A DNA stretch of 64,000 nucleotides from Lingula anatina (lineage: Eukaryota; Animalia; Brachiopoda): the NCBI GenBank assembly GCA_051362555.1, contig CM120648.1, forward strand, positions 10,846,587 through 10,910,586. Reading direction: 5' to 3'. The notes under the pieces are model-generated. The model did no database searches. It worked only from the letters and a program-made list of their open reading frames with translations, and was not told the DNA's origin. Below, piece by piece: positions 49,101 through 63,722 of this stretch. Position numbers and translations under genes: made by a program. Each line of letters opens with the position of its first letter. Within the stretch, counting starts at the first letter, position 1.

Positions 49101-52100
49101 GTGAAAACACTATTAGAGGATTAAAAGGCTTATGGACCACTGGGGTGGGGGTGGGGGGTTGTTAATCAAGACAAAAATGCATGAGGCTTTTAAACAATTC
49201 ATGAACAGTGTGAAATTAAACATACAGATAAAGTCTGAACTTTTGACCATGGTTTTTAAAAGCTAAATTTATCATGTTTATAAAGTACTATATTGGTGCT
49301 GTACTGTAAAAAAAATTATCATATATAACTACCAATGACAATTGAAATAAATGTCAGAACAATATCTTTTTTAATGTCTTACTATCTTCTTTGTGCATCT
49401 CATAGCTTATCAGAATACTTTTTTTCCTGATAGCTACTGTAACAATTCTGAATCTAACTTTTTGTCATCAATGTATTACTAGCCTCACTAACAATGCCTT
49501 GAATTGTTCCAAGTCAATTCTTTAACACAAAATTATCCTTGTTTTTTCTGTTGCATAATTAGATGAAGACACCTTCAAACCTTCACACATCATAATGCTA
49601 TATATGTCCATGCCTCAGAGACAGAATATAATACCATGCATATACAGTTTACATATACTTAGTTCCATTCTCATAGGGAAAAGATCCTTTGACTCACATA
49701 ATTTTTGCCAAACAGCAGTTTCATTCTGTCTGTTAAATCATTTTAATTTGGCTCTGATAAGGCATTATAACCAATGTTTGGACAAATGCAAATGTTAAAT
49801 TACCAAAAGTATTGACTCATATAGGTAAACTCGACCCAACCTCATTTATAGATTAATGTGACTTTATTTGGGTACCTTATTTTATACAGGTGTTTTAAAA
49901 TTAAGTTTGTGGTCTGTCTTTCAAAAGCTGTAATGAAATATCCATTGCCAACCCAAATGTATCTTTTATTCAATGTTTGTCAAAGGATATTTATAAAAGT
50001 AAGATCCATGATATTTAAGTCTCAGCATAGGGCTACCCAGATAGCGCCCAGTTAGACTGACATTACCTAATAATGACCAAAAATTGATAATATCCTGACA
50101 ATGCCCCTCCCCAAAAGACCTAACCCTGAGCTGTCAATGACCTTGACATAGGCCTGCAGCAGTCTCCTTTTCCCCTCAACTTAGACAATGTTGGCCCAAT
50201 GTAATGGGCTATCTGGGTAGCACACGTATTCATATATATAATAGACCATACAAGCATATTTCATATGATAGAGAATAGGATTTTGTAGCATGCAGGCGAC
50301 TTGGGCTACACCTGAGGATCTATAACTACCTGCAGCCACTGCCCGCTTGGCAGGAAAAAAGCTCACTGCAGAATAAATTAACATAAATTAGAATAAATTA
50401 ACATAATATAGTAAAGAACAGAAGAAACTCATGATCATAAAATTATAGTTATTGGTCAATATGAAATTGATCATGAGGAGGGGCATACAGAGCTAGTATT
50501 CAGCATAGGGTGGAAGGTAGGGGGAAAGCAAATATAAAACAAATATGGATCCCATATTAAAAATGAAATAAAATTTAATATAAAGCAAATATTTAATGAA
50601 TTTAACAGAAAATTTGGCTTAAATATAAAACAAAATGTGCTTTATCTTTTAAAATGTACAATAAATATTTGGTCATTTGGGTCTCTGAATGAAAATGGAA
50701 TCGATTTTTTTTTTTTTAGAATTTTTTACAAATTCTTTTTGGGTATACCATTAACAGAACTACAACATTCAAGAAATAGATCCTGATAGAGCTATTCACA
50801 TTGCATACAAAGATGTTTTCTCCTTTGGAGAGTGCTGACTAAACAAATGTCTTGAAAATACAAAGTGAAAGTAGAAAAAGAATTGCACCAGTGAATTCTT
50901 GTAATAACCATGCAGGCATGGCAACTTCACTGACATACATGTATATGCAAGTGAAGTGTGACTCTGCAGATAGATGCAAATTGACCTAGATTTTGGTTGA
51001 CTTTTTAAGTTTTAATATTTTTTGTTGTTTGTGAAGCAGAAACTGCTACTTCTAGTGTGTGTATGTTTTTTTTTTTTTGTTAACTTTGTATGTTTAACGT
51101 TCTGAACAGTGTTAATTTCTGAAATAAGTCAAGGATATTTTAATCAAATTTTTTTTGTATTCTGAATATCATTTCTGGTTCAAACAAAAAATACTGCCTG
51201 TTTGTCATTATTACCTACTGTAACAGCAGAATTTTGAAAAATTAAAAATAATAAATCCTAAAAGTGGTAAACAATGAAAAGCATAAGGCACTTTCTTTCC
51301 TTCTGGCAGGTAGAGGTAACACAAACATCGATAAAAATCTATGGCTCTCTATATCATGTTTGGTCTTATCAAAAGTTTTAAGTGAGAATAAACTCCAATA
51401 CTGAATCTGTGATAAAACTGTTTTGGCCAAATGAATGAGTCCAAAGACTCATTTTAACAAAAATGAATAGTTTTAGCCATTTAGCAAAATCAATTATTTA
51501 AGTGATATAAAAAAGTTACCAATCAGAACAAAATGTGTACTTTGCGTTTCTTTGACTGAAACAATGTTTTTTTGCTGCTAGGAAGAACCAATAAGCCACA
51601 AATGTTGTACCAATACTTTTTTACACCCATTTTTGCAGAATTTAGAAATTACTGACATGTGTATAAAGTAATTTTGAATCAGCTTACAGTCATGATATCT
51701 GAAGTCATAAACTACTGAAAGATAAAACATCAATATATTGAAAGTGATTTCACACAGGTTCTACCCCTACTCCTACCTCTTTCACAGTTCTGTCCAGTTC
51801 TCCCCAGAGGGCACTCACATCGGAAACCATAGTCTCCTGGCAGGTTGATACAACGTCCACCCTCACAGGCACCTTATGAAAGTAAATCGAGTGTTTTCTT
51901 TCTCTTTTTATAGCAAGTTACTCTAAATCAGTTTTATTTCAATAAAATTCCCTTTACCTCTTCAAAAAAAAAAAAAAAACTGTAAAATATATCATGATTA
52001 TATTTACAGTCTTCTATAATGATTCCATTATAGCATCCTAATGTTTTAGTTGGTTGCAAGAAATAAAGATATATCATTATGATCATTACATCTATTTTCA

Positions 52101-52986
52101 TTATCAAAAACTATCCTATACCTGGATAACACCTTTCTCCCACCAATTCGCAGTTGCTCCCTGCAAAGCCACGTGGGCACGTACACTTGTAGCCAACTCT
52201 CGTGTTTGCTGGCTGACACTGCCCTCCATTTTGACACGGTGAGTCACGACAAACTGGATAGGGGTCAATGCCCACAAATTCTAATGCATCTTCTCCCAGA
52301 CTGACTGGAATGTTCCTGATGACCAGGCGACTGACACCACCTAAAAATTGCCAAAAGATGTCAGTTTTTAAAGAACTTCAATCATTCTGTCATGGATATA
52401 TGGACTTGAGAAGCAGCAGTAGGTAGCTACTTGTCTTAATTCATATGTTTTCACTCTCAGCCACAATTGTCAGACTAACTGTGAAGAAAAGACTAGGGAT
52501 ATGCAGCTAATGAATACACTAACATTACAGAAAGTTAATTCATATAGTTAAAATCTATAGTTAAAATCTAGAATGAAGTCTTTAGATTTATACAGCAAAC
52601 TATGAAATGATCAGTCATTTAAGTTCTTAGCAAAATGAAAAATTGCTGCAAATTATACTGCTTGCTGCAAAAAATCTCAATGAGTTTGCAAAAAAATTTG
52701 TTCAGCTGCAACTTTGCAAGAGCATCTTAAGTTTGTGGCAAGTTTGCCAAAAAGTCTTCAGATCTCATTTGCCTGGTATAATTCCTTCTTGCAAATTGCT
52801 GAAATATTCCCTACTTACCCACAAAGCCTGTCTTGAAGCCTGCACCATCTGGTATCTGTGTGAAATCTGGGACACCACCTAGGTACAGCTTGTCTGAGAG
52901 ATCAAGACCCTGGAATGACCCACTGGAAACCCCAGTATAAGTCTGGGTCCCATCAACCACCATAGTACCTGAGAACATAAGTTATT

Positions 52987-53027
<41 letters not shown>

Positions 53028-56000
53028 TACTGAAAATTGTTATTTTTTGTTGACATCATTATCATTAATAATAGTAAATGTAACCTAGAGTGAAAGAGAC
53101 TCCCAAAAATTCAGCTGAAGTACAAACTAATATAACTAACTTGGCAAGAACAATTTTGTGCAAAGATGAAAAGTTGTCAGGAAGGTTAAAATTGGAATTT
53201 TAAGTGGTAGTTTACAAAGTACTATAACTATATTGAAAACCAATGTTGGAGGTATGAGCAAATTTACAAATGACAGTACCATTCAAGACAAACTGCACAT
53301 TTGTACTGCAATGTCACACTGCAGTAGTTATGTTATTTCTATACAATTTATAGGCATTTTTACAAGAAAAATATGAAAGCTAGAATAAGTGCCTGGGTAC
53401 CTCCAGAAGAGGGGTGCCACTGATTTAAATTTACATTTTTGTTTCTAACGTTCTCGTGTGTACGTTTATATGTGGGTGCATGTGTGTGTGTGCTTTCATG
53501 CCTGATGTATATGTGGTTTCCATACATGTGTGTTTGCATGTATGTGTGTACGTGTGTACAGACCTCTCTTCGACGATCTCTCTATACGAACAGTGTGCCA
53601 TTGGTCCAGTTCGACGGGTCTATCAGCCTGAATGACTGTCACGCCATCTCCCATGTCAAAGCGGAACTCTGGCTTAGCTTGACGAAGACCAAATGACATG
53701 AAGTCCACAGAATCTGATACTCCATTGCCATTGTACAACAGCAAACCTGTGGAGAGATTTAACAATATATATATGATGCTTATGCTGGCTCTTGGCATGT
53801 TGCATGGGAATTTTAAATACAATGTAACCACAATGCATGATTTGGAAAAAAAGGAAGATTCAATTTCACTGATTTCTGCATACTTTAATGATATTAGCAA
53901 CCAGTTTACAGTGTTAAGTCAGGTATTCTCAAATAATGCTCATAATTATGTATAATTGTGCATTATTTTTACATTAAATTAGGCAAATGATATTCAAACC
54001 TAACAATAACTTCAGGAATATTGCCATCTACAGTGTTCAAACTTTACATGACCATGAGACATGATCAAATCAGACAGAACACCATAATATTTTACAACAA
54101 AATGTATCACATCATTTTCCCCACTTGTCATCTGTGTCACAGTGACCCACTTACCATCTGTGGCCTCTGGTATGAAGGAGATTTCCAAGTCAAACTCCAG
54201 GTAAGCATCCCGCAGAGATTCAAATCCCATGTATGACCTTGGATTCTGGGTCATGTACGGCACCAATTCTGCAATATCATACATGTATGTGTGCAATAAA
54301 TTCAAACAAGGTTTCAGCATTTCAAGTCAGTTTTAAAGTGAAAATTTAGTTCCCTTATTGTGGGATTACCTAATACTATTGGCAATTCTCATATTCCTGA
54401 AATGGTGGAACTGCCTCTTTGTGAATCAGCATATCCGAAATGTGCTAGCTCTCCCAAATCAAGTACATAACAGTGGAACTGCCTGTACTTTCAGCAGTAC
54501 TCTCCTAGTATGCATAGTATACATCCCTGTGTTTTATTTCTACTCACCTTGAACAAGCAGCTGATATTCCTGTGTGGCTGTTCCATACTGATTTTTAACA
54601 GTGCATACATACACACCACTGTCTTCTGTCTTCACATTATTGATGGTCAGGCGGCCACGGTCTACATTGCGGTCCCTGGAGATATTGTCGATAGATAGTG
54701 AATTGTAAGATAATTATTGTCCTTTAGAGGCATCAGGAACAAATATAATTTCTATATGCAGTACAGATTTTAGTTACAAAACTAGTCAGCATTAAGGGGG
54801 GTTTTACTTTGCAAGCAAAGTGCAGACATCAAAAGGCTTTTATTCCTACATTTCTCTTGACTCACCTAGGTAGCTCTGCCCCCTTTTTGTTCCGCACTTC
54901 AAACTGTATCTACACTTTCCTAGACTCCACTCCTTCTTGTGCCATATTTTAAACTATCCCTACATTCCTTGACTCACCTAGGTAGCTCCGCCCCCTTCTT
55001 GTCCCACATGATGTCCAGAGGTGGGGCACCGAAAGCCTCACAGGTCAAGGTAGCTGATTTCCCCAGAGCCACACTGTACTTGGGGTCAGCTGGGGCAGTG
55101 ATACTGGGTATGCCTGGTTAGAAAGCAATATAGGGCAATTAAGAACAGCTGAATTTGGGGAAATGGGTTTTTCATTCTCTCTTGTGCAAGGATGGTGAGA
55201 AAGTAAATTTTTCTAAAGAGATTAAATGTAGTTTAAAAAAAGTAATGATTATCGTTATTACATTATTATTATTATTGTTACTATTATGTTTATTATCATT
55301 ATATTTATAATATATATTTATTACATAAATTATTATATTTTTATCATTTTTGTTTATTATTAATATCATTTTTATCATTATAAAGCTGACCTTCTATCCT
55401 GAGTGTAAGTGTAGCATTGGCCACTCCTGCCACATTAGACGCCACACAGACATACTCTCCAGCATCTTCTGGCTGGACATTGGTGATGACCAGCTCTCCA
55501 TCATAAGTGGTGGTCCCAGGGGGTAACTGACCACCTATCCTCTCCCAACGTAGGTTGGTCGCTGCAACCACAGCAGGGTCAGTGCCTGGAGTAAAATCAT
55601 TTTCACATTGTTATTGTCTACTGTTAGGTACTTTCTGTATATTGTGTATTTTATTCAATACTGATGAATACTGTATTGATTGTTATCACTTACACCATTT
55701 TAGTTTACAGTTTCTCATACACTAGTTTTGTTTTATTTTGTTTCTCTCTTTCTCTTTCTGTGAAACCTAAATAGAATTTTATCAGAAGTTAATTTTGTTT
55801 TTATTACAGTATGATACATTTTTGATTATATGTAAACAGATTTTTCTGATAAATGTAAAAGAGTATAATGAATTGTGTACATATTTTGCAGTAAGTTATG
55901 CAGCTTAACAGAAAAGATAAGCAGCATCCTTCTTTAATAATCAAAACTGAACATCCAGTGTCCCTTTTCATCAATTAGATTAAGTGTTTCTTCAATATCC

Positions 56001-59000
56001 AAGAACATTTGTTTTGGTGGAGATTTGATTTTATACCCCCACCCCCCCACCCCCACATATGATGACCCTGCACCCACCTGGTCTCAGTAGACATCTTATC
56101 TGGACAGTAGCCCCAATGGAATAACGTTCGTTCACCAATTCTAATACTGGGTAGGCCACAGAGATTCTCCCTGAAATCATAATAACAAAATGCTGGTCAG
56201 CAAAAATTAATATGGAGCTTTTGTGCCAAGTCTACTTTTCCTTAAAAAAAGCAATTTTCACCTGACAAATCACTGTTCAACTCTTGGTATGGATTGGACA
56301 TTTTATACTATTTCTGATTAAATAAGTTAGCTCTAAATAAATCACTATTCATTTCAACTACTTCCATGTCTTCTTGGTAACTCAAAAGAAATCAAAATAA
56401 GGCAATTTTACTTGAAATGTTTGATCAAGGCCTAGATTGGAACAGATAAAAGTATAGTTTAACAAGATGTTTAGACATAGCAATATAGTCACAGCATCGT
56501 AAATCAAGAGATATAAAGAGTCCAGAAACTGAAATTCAATATATTTTCCTCACAGGATAGCCAATTATCTTCGTAAACTAAAACGTGACCACTTACTTGC
56601 AATATTAACAAACCAGTAGTATGTTCCCTGTCCAGCTTCATTGACAGCAGTACATATATAACGCCCGGCATCTTCCTCCCGAGGATTGTAAATTCTAGGG
56701 AATTGTACATAAAGAAAAATTACTACAGATGGCAGCGATTTTGTGGAAATGTTCATGCCAATAAGAAAATTAATGAAAATGATATATATTATTGGTGATT
56801 CCCTACATGTGTTCTCCAGAAAAAAAAATTCTGAAAGTTTTCTGCTTTATTCATGTTTTAAAAATTTGTATCTGATTATATCTCCATCTGTCTCTTTGAC
56901 AATCCCTCTTCCCTTTTTCTCCACTCTCTCTCTCCCTCTCTCTTTTTCTCTCTCTCACACACACATAAACACTTTCTCTTTTACACTCTCTCTTTCCTTT
57001 TTTCTTCCAGCTCTCTCTCTATCTCTCACACATCAAACGAACACATATGCATGCACACAAACACATGCTTTCTCCCCATCCCATCCTTGCCTTCCATACC
57101 TCAACACTCCATTCATGACAGTGTGGTCCACAGGCAGGCTTCCTCCCTCTTTACTCCAGGTGACACGGGGCGGCGGGTTCCCCCTGAAGTCACAGCGCAG
57201 TTCAACAAGCTGACCTACATCCACAGTGACCCGATTACTGGAAGGAGGAATGATTTGTGGGGCACCTGGTGTAATTAAAAGAAAATGTATATTTATACTG
57301 ACAATACATTAAATAATATTTACAATGAGAATACATTAAAGAACTAAACCTAGCTTTGTCATTTATAATATAAATTGTTGCTGTGTAACTTATTTATGCA
57401 GGTTCAAATATGATTTACTTGATTATGAAGGGTTTTTGATTCCTACTAATGGCCAGCATGCATTTGTATTCAGCATCTTTGTTCTTTGAAAGAGATTCTA
57501 TACATTTAAAACAAATTCCAATGTAACACCTCTGACGAAAGACTGATAAAACTACAGCAATTTTCAGTGCAAAACAACTTTAACAAACAAATAGGTTTAC
57601 TACAAGTGCATTTTCTGATAGGTGGAAAAAAATTTCCCATTGAAATTCATAACAAATTTGCATCTAAAATATCACAAGCCAAATAATTTAACAATTCTAT
57701 AATGGAAATGTTAGGTAGGATGTCATATAGTGTTACTATACCACTTACTTATAACTCTGACAGTGACATAGGCATCACTTTCTCCGGCCCTGTTTCTTGC
57801 CACACAACGGTAGCGGCCTGCATCAGCCAGGGTCACGGGGAAAATTTCCAATACTCCGTCTCTCTGCGTGGCTGATGACGACAAGACACCACCATCCTAA
57901 AGCAGCCAGGATGCAAATCATTTATTAATAATTGTCTAGAGAAGATGAATACATTCAAATCTTTGAAAAATCAAGAATATTATGTTTCAATGTCATGAAT
58001 GCCAAAATAAACAATAAATATTTATTTAAATGTAGACAGTTAAAATTCAGCTGAGACTGGCAATGAACAAACACAGCATGTCAAAATGTAAGTACAAACA
58101 TATTATTACCTTAAACCATTCAATTGTGATTGGTTGCGTTCCCTGAGCTCTACAAATCAGCCTCATCCTGTCTCCTGTCCGCAATGTCTGATCAAAGGTG
58201 GTCAGTGACACTTGAGGACGTCCTTCATGACAAATAAATAAATAAATAATAAATTAATTAATTACTACATAGACAGACATACATAGTGGATAGATAACAT
58301 CTAAAAGGCATTATTAATTCAACTAAAGAGTATATAAAATATTTTGGTTCCTGAATTTGCCTCTCTTTTCAAAAAAATATGTTTAAAAATCAAAATGTTA
58401 GACTGTTTTCTATTCTGGCCGAGTTCTTTCACTAAATTTCCATGTTGATAAAGTATCTATGCATGAGGCTTTTAAAAATCTTCTTCACTTTTCCTCTGTA
58501 GAAATATTCTTCCTGGCCACAATCTTAATAATATTTTAATTGGAGCCGAGTCCACGAAAGAACTTGTCATGACCAAAGATATAATAACTAATAACCAAAA
58601 ATCTTAATTCTACCTCACCTTAGGATTAATCTGGTACCCACTACACATATTTTTAAGTTGATATTGGATTAAAATGTGAGCAAATTTACCTTTCATTTTA
58701 CAAAGCTAACATAACATCACTTTTATACTTATATTGATTCATCAACAGTCAAGGAAAAATAAACTGGTCCATGATAAATTATTTTCCTCACCTGCTACAA
58801 TGAGTTCCACCGTGTGCTCTGCACGACCCCACTGATTAGAGGCGATACAGACATAATTCCCAGCATCCTCCAGCCTGATGTTACGCAGCTCAAGCACACC
58901 ATTTACAAGAGAGTGTTGCTGTGGCAACAAACCACCTCGTTTGATCCACTGGTAACGGGGCTGTGGGTCACCTGAAAAAATATTTGATTCAGAAATTCAG

Positions 59001-62000
59001 ATTTAGTTTTAAAAACAGAAATAAAATCATTAATTTTGTTTTAAATTTCATAATTAATCACTTCCATTTACTCAAAGTTAAATTCTATTTTTATCTTTGC
59101 TCAATACTCAGATTTTTTTTAACATCAAAATTTAACAAGTGAAACACTCTATATGTAAACTGCTTAAATTTGAATAGTAGGATTGTTAATGAGAGTTTAC
59201 AAAACATTCTGAATTTCACATTTATCGTTTTGTTGAAAGTATGCCAAACTTCATCAAGTGTAACATCAAAACTATGAAATCAATTCTAAAATGAAGTATT
59301 TTCATACGTTTAGAGAGGCAATTGCTTTCAAATAAGTGGCAAGAAATCACTGTCATATTATCAAAAATAGCACTTTTCTACAGGCGTTCCACTGAAGGAA
59401 ATTTTTTACCAGACCACCTTTGAATGTAGCACTTATCATACATAATCACTGAAACAATGGTGCACTAACCTCTTGCAACACAACGCATGGTGATCCTGTC
59501 TCCAACGTTGACTTCATAACGAGACTGGAGAGATCCCGGTACAACTATGGGTGGTTCCCGGCCACCCTCGACTAAAAAAGAAAATTATACACTTCTCACT
59601 TTCCCAAACAATATACTTCTTTATATTCCAATGGAGATATCACTTCATTACATCCATCTTATATGCAACAAATCCTAATCATTTTATCTTTCCCCTAATT
59701 CAGCTATTTCCTTCTAGCCTTATTTATCTAAATACAAAACAGTTTCTGTTTGGTGCATATAAGGCAAAGATCAAAACCTCTACTTCTACTGAATTTTCAC
59801 AATTTGTTTTTGTATATCTTATAACTAACAGATTTCTTTTCCTAAGTGATAAATGTATACCTATTAGTCGCACACTGCCTTCTGACCTCCCTGCGGCATT
59901 GAAAGCTATACAGTAATATGTGCCAGCATCAGCGAAAGAGACAGACTCAATTTTGAAAATGGCAGTGTTCCTTGGCTGAATGGAAGGCTGGACTGAAGAG
60001 GGTCTCCGCCGTTGTTCCTCTGTCTGCCAGTAGACACTTGGTACTGGGTCACCGCTGGCTGTACACTCAAACTCCACTCGTTGGCCAACACGTACTCTGA
60101 CAGGTTCAGTTGGTAGGTTTCCAATGGATGGTGCCGTACCTGCAGAAAAGTGATCATTGAACTCAATACACATTTAATTCTAGTTGATCACTTGGTTAAA
60201 AGGGGTTTGAGTGGTTATTTCTGGGGGCCTTAATCAAATTCTACTTTCCTTAAACCTACAAGTAAGTTCTAGAAAAGGCCAGAATTCAGTCAACATTTAA
60301 AATGAGTCTTCACAGCTTCACTTCGCTACAGGACTCATCACAAAATCTGGTAATACAGATTTAAAACCTGAACTTGCTTGTTTCTGTGTCTAATTACAAC
60401 TGTGGGAAGATTTCCAATGATGTGGACCTACCAGAGAGAGTGACAGAGACCCTTGCTGTAACAGTCCCAGCGCTGTTAGATCCTGTACAAACATAGGTCC
60501 CCTGCTCTGCTTGAGTGATACGGAAGAACTGCAGGTCTCCATTAGGGGTGACCCGGGTATTGGCAGTGAATGGCAGTCCACCAGCCCTAATGTAAATGTT
60601 ACTGTTCTTTTAACATGATGACTATCCCAGATAAAAGTTTTTTAAAACTTTTATAAAATATGTTCATAACTTTTGTGGTATATGGCTATGATCGTTGTAG
60701 AGGAATGGACCACCAGATTTAAACAATATCATGAAAAATAATAATATAATAATAATAATATAATAATAATAATAATAATTATGATAAAATCAGAACAGTG
60801 AGTATTGTAGATAAAACAGCAGTAAAATAATATCAACAACTGTAATAAGTTTGTTAAAAAACACTTCTGTAACACTCCTAACATAAGCACAGCCTGACAT
60901 GTAATTTCAAAAAGACACAGTCACCTGGTCCATCTGATAGACGGCTGGGGGTTGCCTCCCACTGCGCGGCACCTAAAGAGGGCAGTACCATCTGGTCTGA
61001 TCACCTGACCTGATGATGGAGAGATCTCAATCCTTGGTGGAATGCCACTTCCTGTAAGTAAAAAACAAAGGATGGATTAATGTATCCTATCTGTGTTTTT
61101 CCCATCCAATCAGCTAGGACAGGGAAGGTTGGGACCAAAACCATGAGCCTGCCAGCGCTCGCACTGGGGGTACTAATGGACCATTTATAATTTATATATT
61201 AAGAGGCGAGTGAAATTCCCTTTAATACAAACACCATGTAGTAAAATACATACGCTCCACTGTCACGCTGATGGAGGCTTGAGCAGTGCCCCCACGATTC
61301 TCAGCTGTGCATACGTATGTCCCAGCATCCTGTGGGGTCGCCCTCAATATCTGCAATGTGTTGCCTAGACGCTGGAAGACAAAGTGGACTTATCAGCACT
61401 TGTTTTCAGTTTTTCCATATAGACTGTAGCAAAAGTGAAAGGATTTGCAAAGAGATCAAACATAGTCTCTGACTCTTAATCATCCTTAATAATTCTCAGT
61501 AAATTCTGTTGCTAGGGAACATGTTACAAATTGACAAACATAAGTTTAATTTATCACTTACAGTTGTTTTGCCTAAAGGTGACAGATTAAGAAACTTTGG
61601 TTCTTTTTCCATCAAGCAATGTACTCAACTGATGCAGTCCACATGGCTTTAATTTACTATGAGAGACTGACAACTAAAAGAAACCTGACAATTAAACCAC
61701 TGAAGTCTTAACATGACAAGCAGGCAGGTATAAAAATAAAAAACCAAACAGGAGTCAGATCTGAAACTCTGTCTAGATGTCTCTCACCCTGTGGTTGCTG
61801 GTCAGCTGTCCTCCCACCCTGCTCCACGTCACCGTAGGCTGTGGTGTTCCTACCACATTACATCTCAGGATAACAGAGGAACCCTCAGTGCCTCTAACTG
61901 TGCTGGCTTCTACAGTGATCTGGGGGGCTAGGGAGAACAGAAGTAACCATTGTATTAATATTTTGTATTAATCACAGACAATTAATTCCTTTTCTTTTGC

Positions 62001-63675
62001 TGTGCTGGAGTCCGCAGTAACATAGAACAAATTTGGGCTTCATGTTATTATTTTCTAAATAATCACCTTACCCAGTACAATACAGATAAGGTACCAGAAT
62101 CATGATGTAGCAGTAAAAACTTATCAACAACAACTACAGCTTAATCCTATTAAATAAATTTTTTCAATTGCAACATTCTTTTCTTGGAGGTCAATTTTAG
62201 TGATAACACATCATAAAACAAAAATAACTTACCAATGACAGTGCTGACTTTATAAAGAGACTTTAGAAAGTTCCTGAAAGTTCCTGAGCAAATTCCACTA
62301 TAAGTTGCAACATATCATGGAACAGTAAAAGTACATACCAGTGACAAAGCCAATTTCTACAGTAGCAATGTCCCCACCTCAGATGCCAGTATCAGAAAAA
62401 AACATTTCATAACACATTAAAAAATACTTACCAACCACAACGTTGCACCCTGAGCTTCAGAGCTGACTTGACACTAACCTTTTCACTGTAGCCTATCTCC
62501 ATCGTGTCAAGTAACCTCTGACCAGATTCGAGTGCTCCCGCCGCCCGCCAATCAAATTTAAAGCCCGCACTCAATGACTCATTGAACGATCTAGCCAATG
62601 AACGCGAACGAGTCAAAGCGCGCTTTGTTCAAATCCGGACCAATCAAAGATAAGGCTGAATATCAGGGACTTGCCGTAACCTGTGGGCAGCACGCAAAAT
62701 ACATCATCCCTCAGTAGATAATGATGCAGGGCATCATACTGCTCTGGTTTCAATTCCGATATACTCCATGCTTTCTTTGTGTACGGTTATGCACTCGGAA
62801 CCACTCGGAACTACTCGGATGTCTCCGCACTCGACAATAACTATGTTGTTAGTATGGAGCTTGCGGAATCAGCCGAGGATTGCCGATTGACGATCAACCA
62901 ATCAGCGTTTTCACCAAACTTTGGTGAAAAATTTTGAAACATGGATTCGATTGGCTTATATAAAATAGGTCAAACTATTTTCGTCAGAGGTTACTTGACA
63001 CGATGGAGATAGGCTACAGTGAAAAGGTTAGTGTCAAGTCAGCTCTGAAGCTCAGGGTGCAACGTTGATTTCTACAATAGCAATATTCCTGCCTCGGATG
63101 CCAGTGTCAGTAAGAACATCTAATATAAATTTTTAAAAACTTACCAACCACAACGCTGACTTCTACAATAGCAATATTCCTGCCTCGGATGCCAGTGTCA
63201 GTGACCACTTCACAGATGTATTCTCCACCTGCATCTGGCTGGGCATTAGGGATGACCAGTTGACCATTGGACTGTGTGGAACCTAAGGATTAATACAGGT
63301 CAGTCAATATGAAAAGATAATGGCTTCAAACACAGGTGGACTCTTGCTGGGCATTTGGGCGGATCCAAAGGAAAAATGTGAAATTTTAAAATGCTGAAAT
63401 ATTTTCCATGAAATCAAAAATATTTTTTTAAATTAGTTTCATTAATTCAAAATGATAAAAGTAACCTTGGAGAAAACAGAACAACAAACACACACGTATT
63501 AACACTTCCTTAAAATTTGGTTAATAACAATTACCTTAAAATATTCAAATAAGAATTTTTTACTTTGCATTTTGTACGGATGTTTCAGGGCCAAGATTTC
63601 CAAGGCATCTATGTCTAGTGCAGTATACAAGAACTGACTTTTTCTTTCATTCAACCATCTTGCTGACAAAAAGAA

Positions 63676-63722
<47 letters not shown>

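Noticed and set aside
37159-54268. Alternative identity as agrin, EYS or pikachurin
   Set aside because: Nine tandem Ig domains directly precede LG1 and two EGFs separate each LG pair, which fits perlecan only.
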